From contig CM060731.1 of assembly GCA_030704615.1 (NCBI GenBank), positions 54,498,001 through 54,562,000 of the forward strand: a stretch of 64,000 nucleotides of DNA, given 5' to 3'. The notes beneath the pieces are model-generated. The model did no database searches. It was not told where the DNA came from and saw only the letters and a list, made by a program, of their open reading frames with translations. Source of the DNA: Takakia lepidozioides. Taxonomy: Eukaryota; Plantae; Bryophyta. Positions within the stretch are counted from its first letter, which is position 1. The number at the start of each line of letters is the position of its first letter. Position numbers and translations under genes: made by a program. Below are positions 1 through 11,977 of the stretch, piece after piece.

Positions 1-384
1 TGGATGCAGGTGCAAGTGTAGGCTATGTTATGAACCTAGTATTCCAAACCATAAGCCGCAACAAGTTCTCTACCCGGTTACCTTGTGGAGAGGGGGTTAG
101 GGACATGTTCATGACCGGTTGAGTGACAGTTTGTCAACACGGAGGTGCCACTAGTTGCTGGGGACAGTGCCGGTTCGAGCACTAGCGATACTAGTGGGTA
201 CATGAGACGAGATGTGCGGTTTAGGCCACCTTCACCTCCAGTATCTTCTACGGAAGGTTCTGATTCGGATTGTGAATCAGGAGGACTCACACCGGCGGTG
301 CAAGTTGTTTCCTTGCCATTGTTGTGCGACACAATGGATGAGATGTATGGAGCTACCAAAGGGCCATGAAGGTACTCTGGGGCG

Positions 385-3300
385 GTGGGCACCATCGAGT
401 TGGATGATTTTATCCAAGATTTTGATAGTTGGTGTGATTTGCAGCAAATGCGTAATCCACAACTATTTACGCCTTTCATGGCATGGAAGGGGCTGTTTCA
501 ACACCTTGAGGGGTCGCCTATGGATGATTACCATGAGTTCAGGTGGGGGCATGAGGTTGAGATCGAGGAGTGGAGGATGTACAGGTCACCCGACTATGTA
601 TCCATCACTAGGGGCACTAGAGCCACGAGGGCAGTGGCTACACCTGCCGTTGCACCGGCAGCTTTAGCAAGCAGCACTGGGACTAGTGGGACTGGTGGTA
701 CCATAGCTACGACGTCCACCCAAGCCACTATCGCACCAGCACCAGTACCCGTGCCTGCCTTCAACCCTGTTATGGAGTTCTTCGAAGAGTTGAGAGGAAA
801 CTACCAAGGGGTGAGGACAGAGAAGTTGCGGAGCTTGCAAGAGTTCCAACGGAAGCCTATTGAGAGCTTGAGGGAGGCTTTCACTCGCATGAGGCGCTTG
901 ATAAATGTAACCCAAGGGGTTACAGAAGCTCAGGCAGTCCAATTCTGGTATGGGATATTGGACAAGGAGCTGAGGAGAAGGGTGCGGGATGCAACTGTCC
1001 TACAAGCGGCCCAACCCACCTTAGCAAATGTGTTTTTGCTAGCAGAGCGGATAGAGCCCAACATGGTGGAGGAACGAGTGGTCATGGTGGGATTTGCTAA
1101 GGAGACACCACGGGGTAGTGGTGCTCCTAGCCAACCACTACCTCAATGTGCTCAAGGCAACAAGGGGGCTCAAGTGAAGCTTAGGGAAGGACAGAGAGGA
1201 CCTCAGATGTAGGGGCCTCTCCCTTCATTTGCAGGCCAACAACGGGCGGAGGTGGTGTGTTGGACATGTGGAGGACCCCATGTCAAGAAGGATTGCCCAG
1301 AGGGAGGCAAAGGGCCGGCACATGCACAGCCTGCACAGTTGTAGTGTGGGCATTATGGCAAGCACGGGCATGGAGAGGTGCTCAGTTGCAGCAGTTAGTG
1401 GAGCCTAATGCCGACGAGCGAGAGCGGGCTATGGGTTTTTCCACTGGGACCACGGCGGTGCCTTTTATTTCTGAGGCATCACGTCGTCAGGTGTTGGGGC
1501 AAGCAATGGATCTCAATTGTTTGACCTGGATTATCAGCTTGGCTATGGCTGAGCAACGTAGAGTGCGGAGTGCACTTCCCTTGACGGTCTCTTTGCTTAC
1601 CGAGACGGTACAAGCAGTGAGTGGGGGCGAGCATAAGAGGACCATGGGGTGCAGACATCCATGGCACACGTGGGAGGTGCTCGAGGTTCAGAGGGAGTTG
1701 GCAGCCAAGGCGGCGGTGATGGATGAGGTTGGGGATTTTTCTCGGATTGAGGAAGTCCTCAAGGATGAGATGATGGGGCAGGATGAGGCCTTGTCATTGA
1801 CTGAGCAGGCAGGGAGTACTGCTCAAGAGGTTGCAACATAACAACCACTGGACGCGTCTTCTACCTCTAAGCCCACTGGACTTAAGGTTGCAGTTACGGA
1901 GGACAATTGGGAGCCTGACATTTGGACCCATTGTCACCGGAGGAGAGAGATGACGTATACGGCGGTTCCTGAGGGCTTACAAGAATTGCTTTGCCTTCAA
2001 TTTGAAGGACTTAAGAGCAATGAAGGGTCAAGAGATTCGTATTGAGTTGGCCACTGACACGCCAATCTTTCGGAGACCCTATAGATACAGTGACATGGAG
2101 AGGTCTTTGATTCAGATGAGGACTCAAGATCTCTGGGAGGCTGGTTTGGTGGAGCTCTCTGGTGGAGAGTATGTTTCAGCCACAGTGATGCCAGCCAAGA
2201 AGGATGTCTATGGCAATTGGACGGAGAGACGTATGTGCGGTGATTACCGGCCTGTAAATCGTCAGACCAAGTCCGATAAGTATGTCATGCCAACACCAGA
2301 TGAGATCTTTGATGCCATCGAGCATGCAAAGGTCTTTAGCACTTTGGATTTACGATCCGGATATCACCAGTTGCCGATCAAGGAGGCGGACAAGTAGAAG
2401 ACGACATTCTGGGGGATCAATGAGCACGGCAAGGATTGCCTATATCAGTGGCGGTTCTTACCATTTGGGCATAAGAATGCTCCTGCAGAGTTTAAGAGAG
2501 TCATGGATAGGATTCTAGCAGGGGTGGACTTTGCTCGGTGCTACATAGATGACATCATCATCTTTAGTGCTACGGTGGAGGAGCATGAGAGACACCTTCA
2601 GGTGGTATTGGAGCGCTTGAGAACACACGGATTGAAGTTGTATCCGGGGAAGTGTAAGTTTTTCCACAACCAGATTGAGTATCTGGGTCACATGATATAT
2701 CCTGGAGGATTGGGGGTACAACAGACTAAGGTAGAGGCCATTGCAAAAATTCCACGCCCTACGGATGTAAGCCGAGTTCGAGCTTTCATGGGGTTGGCAA
2801 ACTATAATAGACGGTTTGTCAAGGGATTTAGTGCCATTGCAAAGGCTCTAACCAAGCTGACCAAGGTGGACCCAGGAGTGGCAGTGGGAAGATGAGCAGG
2901 AACGAGCTTTTCAAGAGCTCAAGGCGAGGTTGACCTTGGCGCCTATCCTGAGACGACCTATCAGGGGGCGTCCTTTTCAGCTGCATACGGATTGGAGCAT
3001 GCTGGGGCTTAGAGCGGTGCTCACAAAGGTGGATGATGAGGGAAGAGAGTTTGTAGTGGCTTATGCTAGCCGCTCGAACAACGCTGCAGAGGCTAAGTAT
3101 AGCTCATATGAAGGAGAGTGCTTAGTTGCAGTGTGAGCCGTGACACACTTCAGGTGCTATCTATACGACAATCTCTTCACCCTTGTCACGGATCACCAGC
3201 CACTCAAGTGGTTGATGGAGTCAGACAAGCTTACGGGGAAGCTTGCACGGTGGGCACTCATACTCCAGGAGTATGACTTTCAGGTTGTGCATCGACCGGG

Positions 3301-4978
3301 TTTGGTCAATCGGGATGCGGATGGATTGAGTCGCAATCCATGCACGAGCCAGTAGGATGACACTGGAACTCGGTGGCATGGTGAGACGGACGAGGAGATG
3401 GTGACGGGATGACATGCATTTGCTTTTTTGTGTATCTTGGCATCGGGAGGTCAGGTTGGACCTACAACAAGGATGATTGTAGACGGAGTGTCTAAGGACC
3501 CTGAGGCTAGTGATGAGCCAGGTGGTACCCGAGATATACATGAGGATTCGGCTGTGTTGGACTACCTCCGTACTGGAGACACGACAGCCACTGTTACTGC
3601 CAAGGAGAGGGATCGGATCCTGCAACGAGCCAAGAGGTTCAAGTGGGAGGGGATACACCTGCTCCGAGTATGGGAGGATGGTCGGGTGAGGATTGTGCCT
3701 CACCCCACATAGCTTGCACGGTTAGTGCGGCATGCCCATGAGGAGTTGGGCATTTTGGAGTGCGACGCACTCACAGTTTTCTGCAGGGGCAGTATTGGTT
3801 GCGTGGTATGCATACAGAGGTGCAACAGTTCGTGGCTAGGTGCATGGTGTGTGACAGGGGTGCGTGCTTCATTCAATGCCCCTACACCACAGTTGCATCC
3901 TTTATCAATCATGGGATTGGGCTACAGGTGGAGTCTTGACTTCGCAGGACTGTTGCCACTAACTATGCGCCACCACAGATATGTGTTGGTGATGGTGGAG
4001 CACTTCTCCAAGTGGATTGAGTTAGTTCCATTGCCTGACAAGGCTAGTGAGGGGGCTACATATGCATTCTTGGATTGTGTGCTTAGCCGATTCGGTGCTC
4101 CAGCTGAGGTACTCACGGACCAACGGAGAGAGTTTTTGGGGGAGTTTCAGGCTTTGTGTGATAAAGCCTTAATAGACCACCGCACCACTTTTCGGGATCA
4201 TCCTGAGGCCGATGGCTTGGCAGAGAGAGTTGTTCAGACGATGAAGAGGGTTTTGCGCAAGTATGGCTTGCAGAAGGGACACCTAGGAGATTGGGATCTT
4301 CAGGTGCCTTGGTTAGCCATGGGCTACAGGTTCAGCAAACAAGCATCACTTGCCTCCTTCTCACCATATTTCCTTCTCTTTGGCCGAGAGCCGGATTTGC
4401 CTGCAGCCATTCGTAGGGACACTGCTCAAGTCCTTAATCTTGACGATCCGGACGTGTGGGTACGTGCATGTGATCAGCGTGCAGAGTTGTTCAAAAAAGT
4501 CATGCCCATGGCTTTTGAGAACCTTGCCATTGCACAACACCGTGATACGTTGAGGTATGCCACTATACGTGGTGGAGGATATCGTCCTGGGGTTCGGAGG
4601 TTTAGCCCTGGTGACTATGTTTATTTGCAGCAAACTGCTCCTACGACTCTGGATGTTACTGCAGGGCGTGTTATTCTGAGGGTTCGAGAGGTGTTGCCCT
4701 CAAGGGTCCTAATCTTGGAGGGTCGGGATGGCATGACTTGGAAGGACCATGTGCGTAATTGTGCGCCATGTCACCTTCCCAATGTCGATGGCAGAGTTGA
4801 CCCAAACTTGGCAGTGGTACTTGCAGGTTTGAGGTGCATGCTCTGTGGGTCTGCCAAAAGGGCAGCCACCATGCTGATATAAGATCGATGCTCAAGAGGT
4901 TGGCACATGTGATGCTTGACACCACCTCTTGAGAAGGTTCCTGATGGAGATTGGTTGTGTTCACACTGCTTGGGATAA
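385..4978 (+). pseudogene. Disrupted gag-pol polyprotein (Gag, RT, RNase H, integrase, C-terminal PHD finger)
   Basis: Consecutive ORF fragments in gypsy domain order; PHD-like CMLC...(stop)DRC..GWHM(stop)CLTPPLEKVPDGDWLCSHC at 4835-4969. Confidence 0.92.
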
Positions 4979-5237
4979 TGGCAGTGGACATGACTAGAGG
5001 CAGCTAACAAGACATGGGAGGCCAAGTTCATAGGAGTCAATACACGAGATCCTAGGCTCAAGTTCATAGGTTGCAAAATGGCGACTAACGATGGGGCATT
5101 CTTGCTCCCGACCTCTTGATCTATCGAGTTTGAGTGTAGTAGGGACATTGGTGGAGGACTTAGTGAGGCTATGGTCGCTATCACATTTTGTGGTTACCTG
5201 GACTTAGAGGGACCTAAGCACCAGCTAGGGGGGCGAT

Positions 5238-5413
5238 TGTGTGGACTAGTGACTGCCATATTGGGCAGCATAGTGGCAGCCTAGTGACTGACTAGTTGTA
5301 GCCTAGTAGTTGGACTAGTGGTGGACTAGTGGTATACTAGTGTGTGGTGTGCACATGTGTTGTGTGGTTTTCGACAGCGATGTAGTTGTGTAGCGATATG
5401 TATGCGCACGACA
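5238..5413 (+). repeat. 3' LTR (176 bp) of the PHD-gypsy
   Basis: Starts TGTG, ends GACA, follows the PPT; near-identical copy at 10567-10742. Confidence 0.88.
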
Positions 5414-6150
5414 GCTGTCAAGTTATTTTACCACTATTGTGAAACTAGCTAGGAAATAGCTAGCTTTTACATATTGACATTTGGGATTGGCCCAAGTGTC
5501 AATCCAGGGGTCAAGACAGATTTAGGCCCTGGAGTGGTTATTTTCACGGCAAGCGTGGGAGGCTCATCTTTCTCGAGTTGAGCCTCACCGTGCCTAGCTA
5601 TGGCGCCGTAGTGTGGATTCCCCATGGCGTGGGGTGCACTTGGCTTGACTTGTATTTGAGTGATGAGGTTATATATGCATGCACAACAACAGATTGCGGC
5701 TTTTATGACTCCCATGGGTGCGCAGTCATGACATATTTGTGGCAGAAATGCCGTTTGCAGTCGTAAAATGCTTTTGAAGTCATAATGCAGGTCTGGGGAA
5801 GGCGTATATGCGACTACATGGCTCCGGACTCTGCGCAACACAGGTCAAACATGTTTGACCACGAATATTGGCATGGCAGATATGACTACCAGTCACGGTC
5901 ATGGCCACACTGGAATGACGTGTGCATATTGCTAGACAAACATATGACTTCATGACTCTCACTCTAATGCATTCTGCCAGATCATCACATGGATGAATCG
6001 CTACATGACTGCACGTGTCGACACATTCTTTTCTGGTTATATATATAATATATGAGTATTTATATTTTGAAAAAATGGAGACTCTGACAACTAGAATGAA
6101 TTAAAAATAAATAAAAATAAAATCAAAGTGCAAAAAGATATAAAAATAAA

Positions 6151-6373
6151 CACATCAGCTGGTAAGTGCATAGTGTGTCGCCTTGGTGGTTTGGGGTTCA
6201 AACCCGTTGCCCATATCCCGTGTGTGGGATTGTTCGTGACGGTATGTCTGGGCGTTGATCGTCCTGTAGGTCTTATGGCCCATAAATGAAGGCGGGTGAA
6301 TTTTTCCCCCTCCTCAAGGGCATGTGGTTTCCTTTAAGAATTTAAGAATTTAAATTATAAAAAAAAAAAAAAA
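6151..6373 (+). mobile_element. Putative tRNA-derived SINE inside the Pack-CACTA
   Basis: A-box-like CAGCTGGTA at about 6156, B-box GGTTCAAACCC at about 6195, A-rich tail ending at 6373; no clear TSD. Confidence 0.5.
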
Positions 6374-6924
6374 ACTTTTAGGGTTTACAAAAAGGTTAAA
6401 AAAACTTAAAAAGTTGCCCATCACGTAGCAGTGAACAGACTTAGAGCGAGCGGGAGGGAGGGCAAACATGCATGGGAGGCCCGCAGTTGGAGCAACCTTC
6501 GCATCTGAAGCAAGCGTCCTAGAAATGCTAGGGTATGTGTCCGAGGAGGTTTCGACTGGGAACTCGCAGTTCTTGGGAGATTCAGCTTGGTCTTAGCAGG
6601 CCGTGTTTCAATCTCTACCCGCTCAGCTGCACCGTGGTGGTTCTGACAGACCAATCCGACATTACCTGACTACAGACACAAGCAGCACACACAAGAGGTC
6701 CTCTTGGGTTCATGGTCAGTCAAATCCTCCATGGGTCATGACACAAGGTTAGGGTTTAGGGTCAAGAGAGGCTACCTTCGCTCCATTGTTGTAGTGGAGG
6801 TTGCTCCTCACAGCCACGTTGAAAAATTTGAGTACAGACATTTGTCGATGTGTAATTCCTATGGCAAACTGCTTGCAAGGTTTGTGACCAAAGGATGAAA
6901 ATGTGGTATGCTTGGTTGGCGCAG

Positions 6925-8170
6925 TGCAACATCAAGTGGTTTCGAGAGTATGATAATATGACGGATCTTGGCGGGGATCGGTATTGGAATTTCATCTAGC
7001 GTAGTGCCCCTGTACATATCAGAGGTAAGGCTTTATTCTCGTCTCCTTCCCAACTTTCACTAGTGTCTACGAGAGCAGTGTTAGAAAATGGTTTTGTTGC
7101 ATGGTTTAACCTCTATCATAGAGCCAAATGCAGTCAGTAACTTTATGCTTGAGATCAATGCTGCTCAGTAATCCCTAAGCTTTTTAAGTAGTTAACCACA
7201 TCATAGTAAACTATGAAGAGAACCATGTGACACCCTATGGTACCTTGCAAAGTTGTTTGGGATATTTGTTGTTGCACCTCATATCCATGACATTGGAGCA
7301 CAAGGCTGAGAAAGGGAGCACTGGGGTGGCAATGGCAAGTGTCTCCTACAGAGATCCGTGGTACACTGGGAACGGCGAACTAACTTTCCATCTGTGTGGG
7401 CATTCTGATGGCTCTTATTGTGGGGATTCCCCTGAGTGGCAACCCTGCCTGATACTGACTGGACACTGATGTGTTTGTGGACAGATGAAATATTCAAAGA
7501 ACATGTGCAGCATGATTTGTTTCTGTATTCTAGTCTTTCTTGTCTTGAGGGTGAAGGGTTGCTTTAGGCCTTCCAGTCATATAGAGGCACATGACGTTTG
7601 GTCCAGTTAGTTGGAAGGCATAGTATCTGTAATGGGCATTTGTGGTGGCCAAAATGGTCCTTTGAGTGAGTGCAAGGTAGACAATACTGGTGCTGGGTAA
7701 ATGGTTGGTACATTGTTTCGCAAATTGAACATGTATTCAATCAAAGTTAATTGGATGCCACTGTGAGACGTTGCCTTGTATGGAAATGGACGTCAGATTC
7801 TTTCTTTGGGGTGATAAAACAGGTGGCATAGCATGTTTGCATTGGCTGCAGTGTCCTCCTTTGTTTGGGCATGGCATACACTCCAGAAAGCCCACGTTGG
7901 CTATGCAAGGTTAACTTCCATCCATATACGATGCATCTTGATTTTCTGTATCTTGTTGTTTTTGCAACAGGGTGACTATGCAGAGTTGGAATGTTGAACA
8001 ACTCCAAACAGAGAATTGAGTCTAGAACAACAATTGTTGTGTAATGTGGCTAGCACAACAAATGATTCAACGGAATGATGCTGGAGTGTGCAACAAGGGA
8101 GGATAGCAGAGGCAGAGACAACGGCAAGACAACTGTGGGGCAAGGCAAAGTTTGAGGTGGCCTTGGCAGA
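6925..8170 (+). pseudogene. Captured exons (with introns) of a plastidic glucose transporter (pGlcT-like MFS sugar porter)
   Basis: 6925-7024 ILAGIGIGISSSVVPLYISE|gtaag; 7339-7451 VSPTEIRGTLGTAN*LSICVGILMALIVGIPLSGNPA; 7823-7909 MFALA...LGMAYTPESPRWLCK|gt; 8094-8170 QGRIAEAETTARQLWGKAKFE. Contains stops and mutated splice sites. Confidence 0.9.
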
Positions 8171-8384
8171 CAGAGCACTACCCCAGCCAGTACAGACCCA
8201 GCCAGTCTTATTCACCCAACTATTGACTCTCTGAAGAAGAGTTCTACAACCAGCCTATCACAAATCCAAACTACCTGAAGCATATCGGATTATATTAGAT
8301 TAGATTTCCCGGCAGTAAGCAGTCCTTCCATATTGATCCGTCACCCATTGATTTGCAGCAAACTTTTGTTGTGTAATTTCCAGA

Positions 8385-9141
8385 GATCCCTGGTGACATC
8401 ATCAAATCTGCAATTGTACCAGATGTCATCCTGAACATTGGTCTAGTGCCATGTATGCTAAATGTGGGAGCATCTAGGATGCCAAGGGAGTGTTCAACAC
8501 TATGGCTGAACCAGATGTGGTGTCGTGGAATGCGATGCTTGCAGGGTGTGCAGAGCAGGAGCGCGGGATGGAGCTTTGGACACCTGAAAGCAAATGATGG
8601 GGAAAGGGGTGAAGGTACCTTCTTCAACATAATTCACCATGTTTTCCTTGCTAGTGTGTGCTTTGACAATTCTAGGCTGTCATTGTTAGCTTCTAGCAGC
8701 AAGGCAAGGATGTATGCATGATTTGTGCAGAGGCATCGATAGCTGAAGGAGCAGGGATTTCGTGTGGGTCCAGATTCATCCAAGAGGGCCAGATTTCAAG
8801 CACAAGATTACCTGTGATTCCCTGTGGATCAATAGCTACAAGAAACCTGCATGGGTAGATGGTCAACTGGCAGCAGCGGCAGTGATAAAATCAGGCACTG
8901 CTAATGAAGGCATCTTCTTCAACACATTTCACCCTGTTTTTCCCTCTTATCAGAATCAGCCCTAAATTTTCATGTTAAATTCTGCAAGTTAGCTGGTTGA
9001 GTAATCTAGTTTGGAGTGACTTTGACATGATACTGCCAATGTGACAACAAGAAAGTGTCAAAAAACAGGTAATAGAGATGAGAAGTTGTGGAATGAATAC
9101 TTATTTGAGCCCAGTCACTGATGGGTCAACCGGGGCAGAAA
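8385..9141 (+). pseudogene. Captured PLS-type PPR fragment followed by OSB-type PDF-motif exons
   Basis: GDIIKSAIVPDVILN...MYAKCGS...DVVSWNAML (PPR); exon 8773-8909 IHPRGPDFKHKITCDSLWINSYKKPAWVDGQL; exon about 9069-9141 DEKLWNEYLFEPSH*WVNRGRK. Confidence 0.82.
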
Positions 9142-10566
9142 GGTGTATGTCTGCTACATTTCAGAGAGCAGCAGACACAATTCAGATAGGAACTAGTGTG
9201 CTACGCTGAGTTGGGTGTTTCCTAGAACAAATATAGGCTGTCATTGTCAACTGCTAGCAGCAAGGCAAGGATGAATGCTTGATTTGTGCAGAGGCATGGA
9301 TAGCTGAAGGAGTAGAGATAGAATGTGGGTGACGTAGGGTGCTGGGCAATGGGCAAGACGTCTTTGTATAAACGTGAGTGACCTTCCTATCCTCTTGGCT
9401 CTCATTTTTTGTGCATGTTTCTTTGTGAAGTATCTGACGACTTCGCCAACACACACCAACCTTTTTGCTTTGGTTTGTTTACGAGTCCATGGGATAGAAG
9501 TTACCATAAACAACACTGGCATTGGTTTTTCATATATGGTATTGGATAATTCTCTATTGTTTTCGCCTTGGCAGGTTGCTCAGTGACCTTCCCTGGACGC
9601 TTTGAAGTATAGTGAGTGAGTATCTCACAATGCAATGTTGGTTGGCGCATCTTATGCAAGAACTTGGAAAAGAAACATATGTCCTTGTTGTAATAATTCT
9701 TAAAGACATGCAAGCCTTAGTTTTTGATGGGTTGCAGATTGATGGAATACATAAGTAGTTAGAAGATTATGGGTGAACACTTTTCAAAGTGTTATAGTTA
9801 GACAATTAATTCACATGAGAACATGTGACAATTTTATGTATTTTTAGATCTGTACGATAATGATAATGATAATATTGGTAAATAGAGATGGTGTACAATC
9901 TCTTGGTTTTGCTCAGCTTGTTGCAGTTATGTCTTGCTGCTTTGTTCTCTTTGTATTATATATTATATATTATTGTTGTAATAGACATGTATATGAGTAC
10001 TATCATAGTCAAAATAATGACTACATCTATTTTCACTCTCCAATAGTACTACACCACGTGGCATAATTACAAATATGTAAAAAAAATAGCAATACACCCA
10101 AAAAAACACCCATCATTACACATGTCAATCTGCTGAGGGACCACGTGTAAAAACTGCAACGCGCCACATGTTGCAACCGGATTAGCACACCTGTAGTCAT
10201 AGTTCGCAGTCATGGAGAACGAACACTTTGCTACGTGTCATTTCCTGTATTGAGCACGTGTCATTCTTGCACAGCCGCTGACATGGACTAACTGTCCGTT
10301 CAGTCATTCAGTAAAGCCAGCGTGTATGACTACCCCCACAGCTGCTCAGGCGCCACGTCATAGCCAGCCTGGAGAGTCATGTCTGCCATGTCACAACTGA
10401 CTAGGGCTTTACGTCTTCAGAGTCAGGAAGTCGTAAATGGCTTCCATGACTGCATTTGCAGTCATAACACAGAGACGTAAAGGCCGCAATCTGTTGTAGT
10501 GATGAGTTTATGCTTCAGCTTTGTGAGCTCGCATGAGCTTGTGCTTGTATTCTTCTTCTTTATCAT

Positions 10567-10742
10567 TGTGTGGACTAGTGACTGCCATAGTGGGTAACAT
10601 AGTGGCAGCCTAGTGACTGACTAGTTGTAGCCTAGTGGTTGGACTAGTGGTGGACTAGTGGTATACTAGTGTGTGGTGTGCGCATGTGTTGTGTGGTTCT
10701 CGACAGCGATGTAGTTGTGTAGCGATATGTATGCGCACGACA
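10567..10742 (+). repeat. Solo LTR of the PHD-gypsy family (176 bp)
   Basis: Only a handful of substitutions versus 5238-5413; flanks ATCAT and CATCT are not a TSD. Confidence 0.88.
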
Positions 10743-11325
10743 CATCTCTAAATATCATCACATATACGTAGCAGCATTAAATTGCCGTGCACTATACACA
10801 TCACATTTCTCAGGTGGATCCCTATGTTACCAAAAACTATTTACCAATATACAAGTTTGCCCACCTACGCCATACCAACAATTAAAATTCAAGCTTTTTA
10901 CATTAATGCTATAGACTCCATCAACTCCTCCCAAACATAACCAAACGCTGTCAGAACCAGGACATATAATCAAATATGCTTACTACTCCATAACGGCCGA
11001 AATACCACATGCACCAGTTAGCTTCCCTCAAATAAAAAATCACAAAACAAGACTACGCATCCATGAATTGAGCATCCCACGCACTACAGGTCCCATACTA
11101 GGGTCTCTCCAATTTAAACACACAACACATGCTCAGGGAAAATCTCTGAATATACAACTCCCATTGACACAACATATCTTATGGAAATGCCTAGGAATAA
11201 ATATTCTGACCCCCTGCCCAACTGCACTAAAAACAATCATCACAACTACTTTGCTGTAGATAAGGAACATGCAAAGCGTGTACGTCTTTGGGGTCCTAAC
11301 TCTGGCTCGCACCATGAGAATATGT

Positions 11326-11977
11326 GGGGATTGCTATTTTGTCAGCCATCAGCGATCAGCGATTAGTATGATGTGGACACACAAAAAATGGCCACGTGGC
11401 AAAGGGTCGTCCATTTTATTTTATTTTTCTCGGACTGCCCGTAAATCCAAAACTGAATGATAGTCGTTTTCCAATAGGAAATGAATTAGAACAACACTAT
11501 ATTGCTTGTCAACATCGGAAAACTAACATCGACACCTAACAAGGTAAGATACAAAACCCTTTAATCTCACATAAGGCTGGCAAAGGCGGGGTATGAGTTG
11601 TGGACTTGAAGGACAACAATCGTAGGCTAGATGACCGCGGAGAACACCTTCGTTGGCCAGAGGTGGAGGATGAAGAAGATGATGGGGGTGAAGTTGGGAA
11701 AAATGAGAATTTTTGGGGTTTTTGTTTTTTGTTTTTATAAGAAAAATTATAACATTGCTATATCATCCTCCACCTTCGATGGACGAAGGTACGGGGTGAA
11801 GTGGGAAAAAATGACAATTTTTGGAAACACCATGGCTGAGCGAATGTTATCACCTTCGTTAGTCGAAGGTGCAGTTTTTGGGCAGGTTTGTTGGGGAGGG
11901 GCAAATGTTCGTGCTGACCTTCGTTGACCTTCGTCACTGATGGAATTGAGCTGTTTACGGACATAATAGGAGCTCTC
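11326..11977. mobile_element. Non-autonomous Mutator-like (MULE) MITE
   Basis: 9-bp TSD AGAATATGT/AGAATATGC (11317-11325, 11978-11986); short imperfect TIRs; ends homologous to the copy at 49575-50167 (ccttcgttgaccttcgtcactgatggaattg...gagctctc). Confidence 0.8.

Larger units (their letters stand above)
1..5413 (+). mobile_element. Ty3/gypsy LTR retrotransposon (non-chromovirus, PHD-bearing), decayed; 5' LTR lies outside the window
   Basis: Gag ORF 385-1212; zinc knuckle CWTCGGPHVKKDC at about 1258-1296; RT (RMCGDYRPVN, LDLRSGYHQ, YIDD) at about 2002-2880; RNase H (LHTDWS, YSSYEGECL, LVTDHQPL) at 2930-3355; integrase (WSLDFAG, VLTDQ, GLAERVVQT) at 3725-4400; purine tract AGGGGGG at 5227-5233; TG...CA LTR at 5238-5413. 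Many stops and frameshifts; no recognisable protease. Confidence 0.95.
5682..10501. mobile_element. Non-autonomous Pack-CACTA (En/Spm) element carrying host gene fragments
   Basis: Left end CACAACAACAGATTGCGGC and right end GCCGCAATCTGTTGTAGTG are inverted (one mismatch, in CACTA); 3-bp TSD ATG at 5679-5681 and 10502-10504; many ATGAC(T)/GTCAT subterminal repeats; no transposase. Confidence 0.92.
5416..10566 (+). repeat. Second-family LTR (TGTCAAG...) interrupted by the Pack-CACTA and truncated at the solo LTR
   Basis: 5416-5681 resembles 43084-43380 (tgtcaagtta...gtgaaactag; ggctcatct.tctcgagttgagcct; tccccat.gc.tggggtgc); the sequence appears to resume at 10502-10566 after the CACTA TSD. 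Confidence 0.6.
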
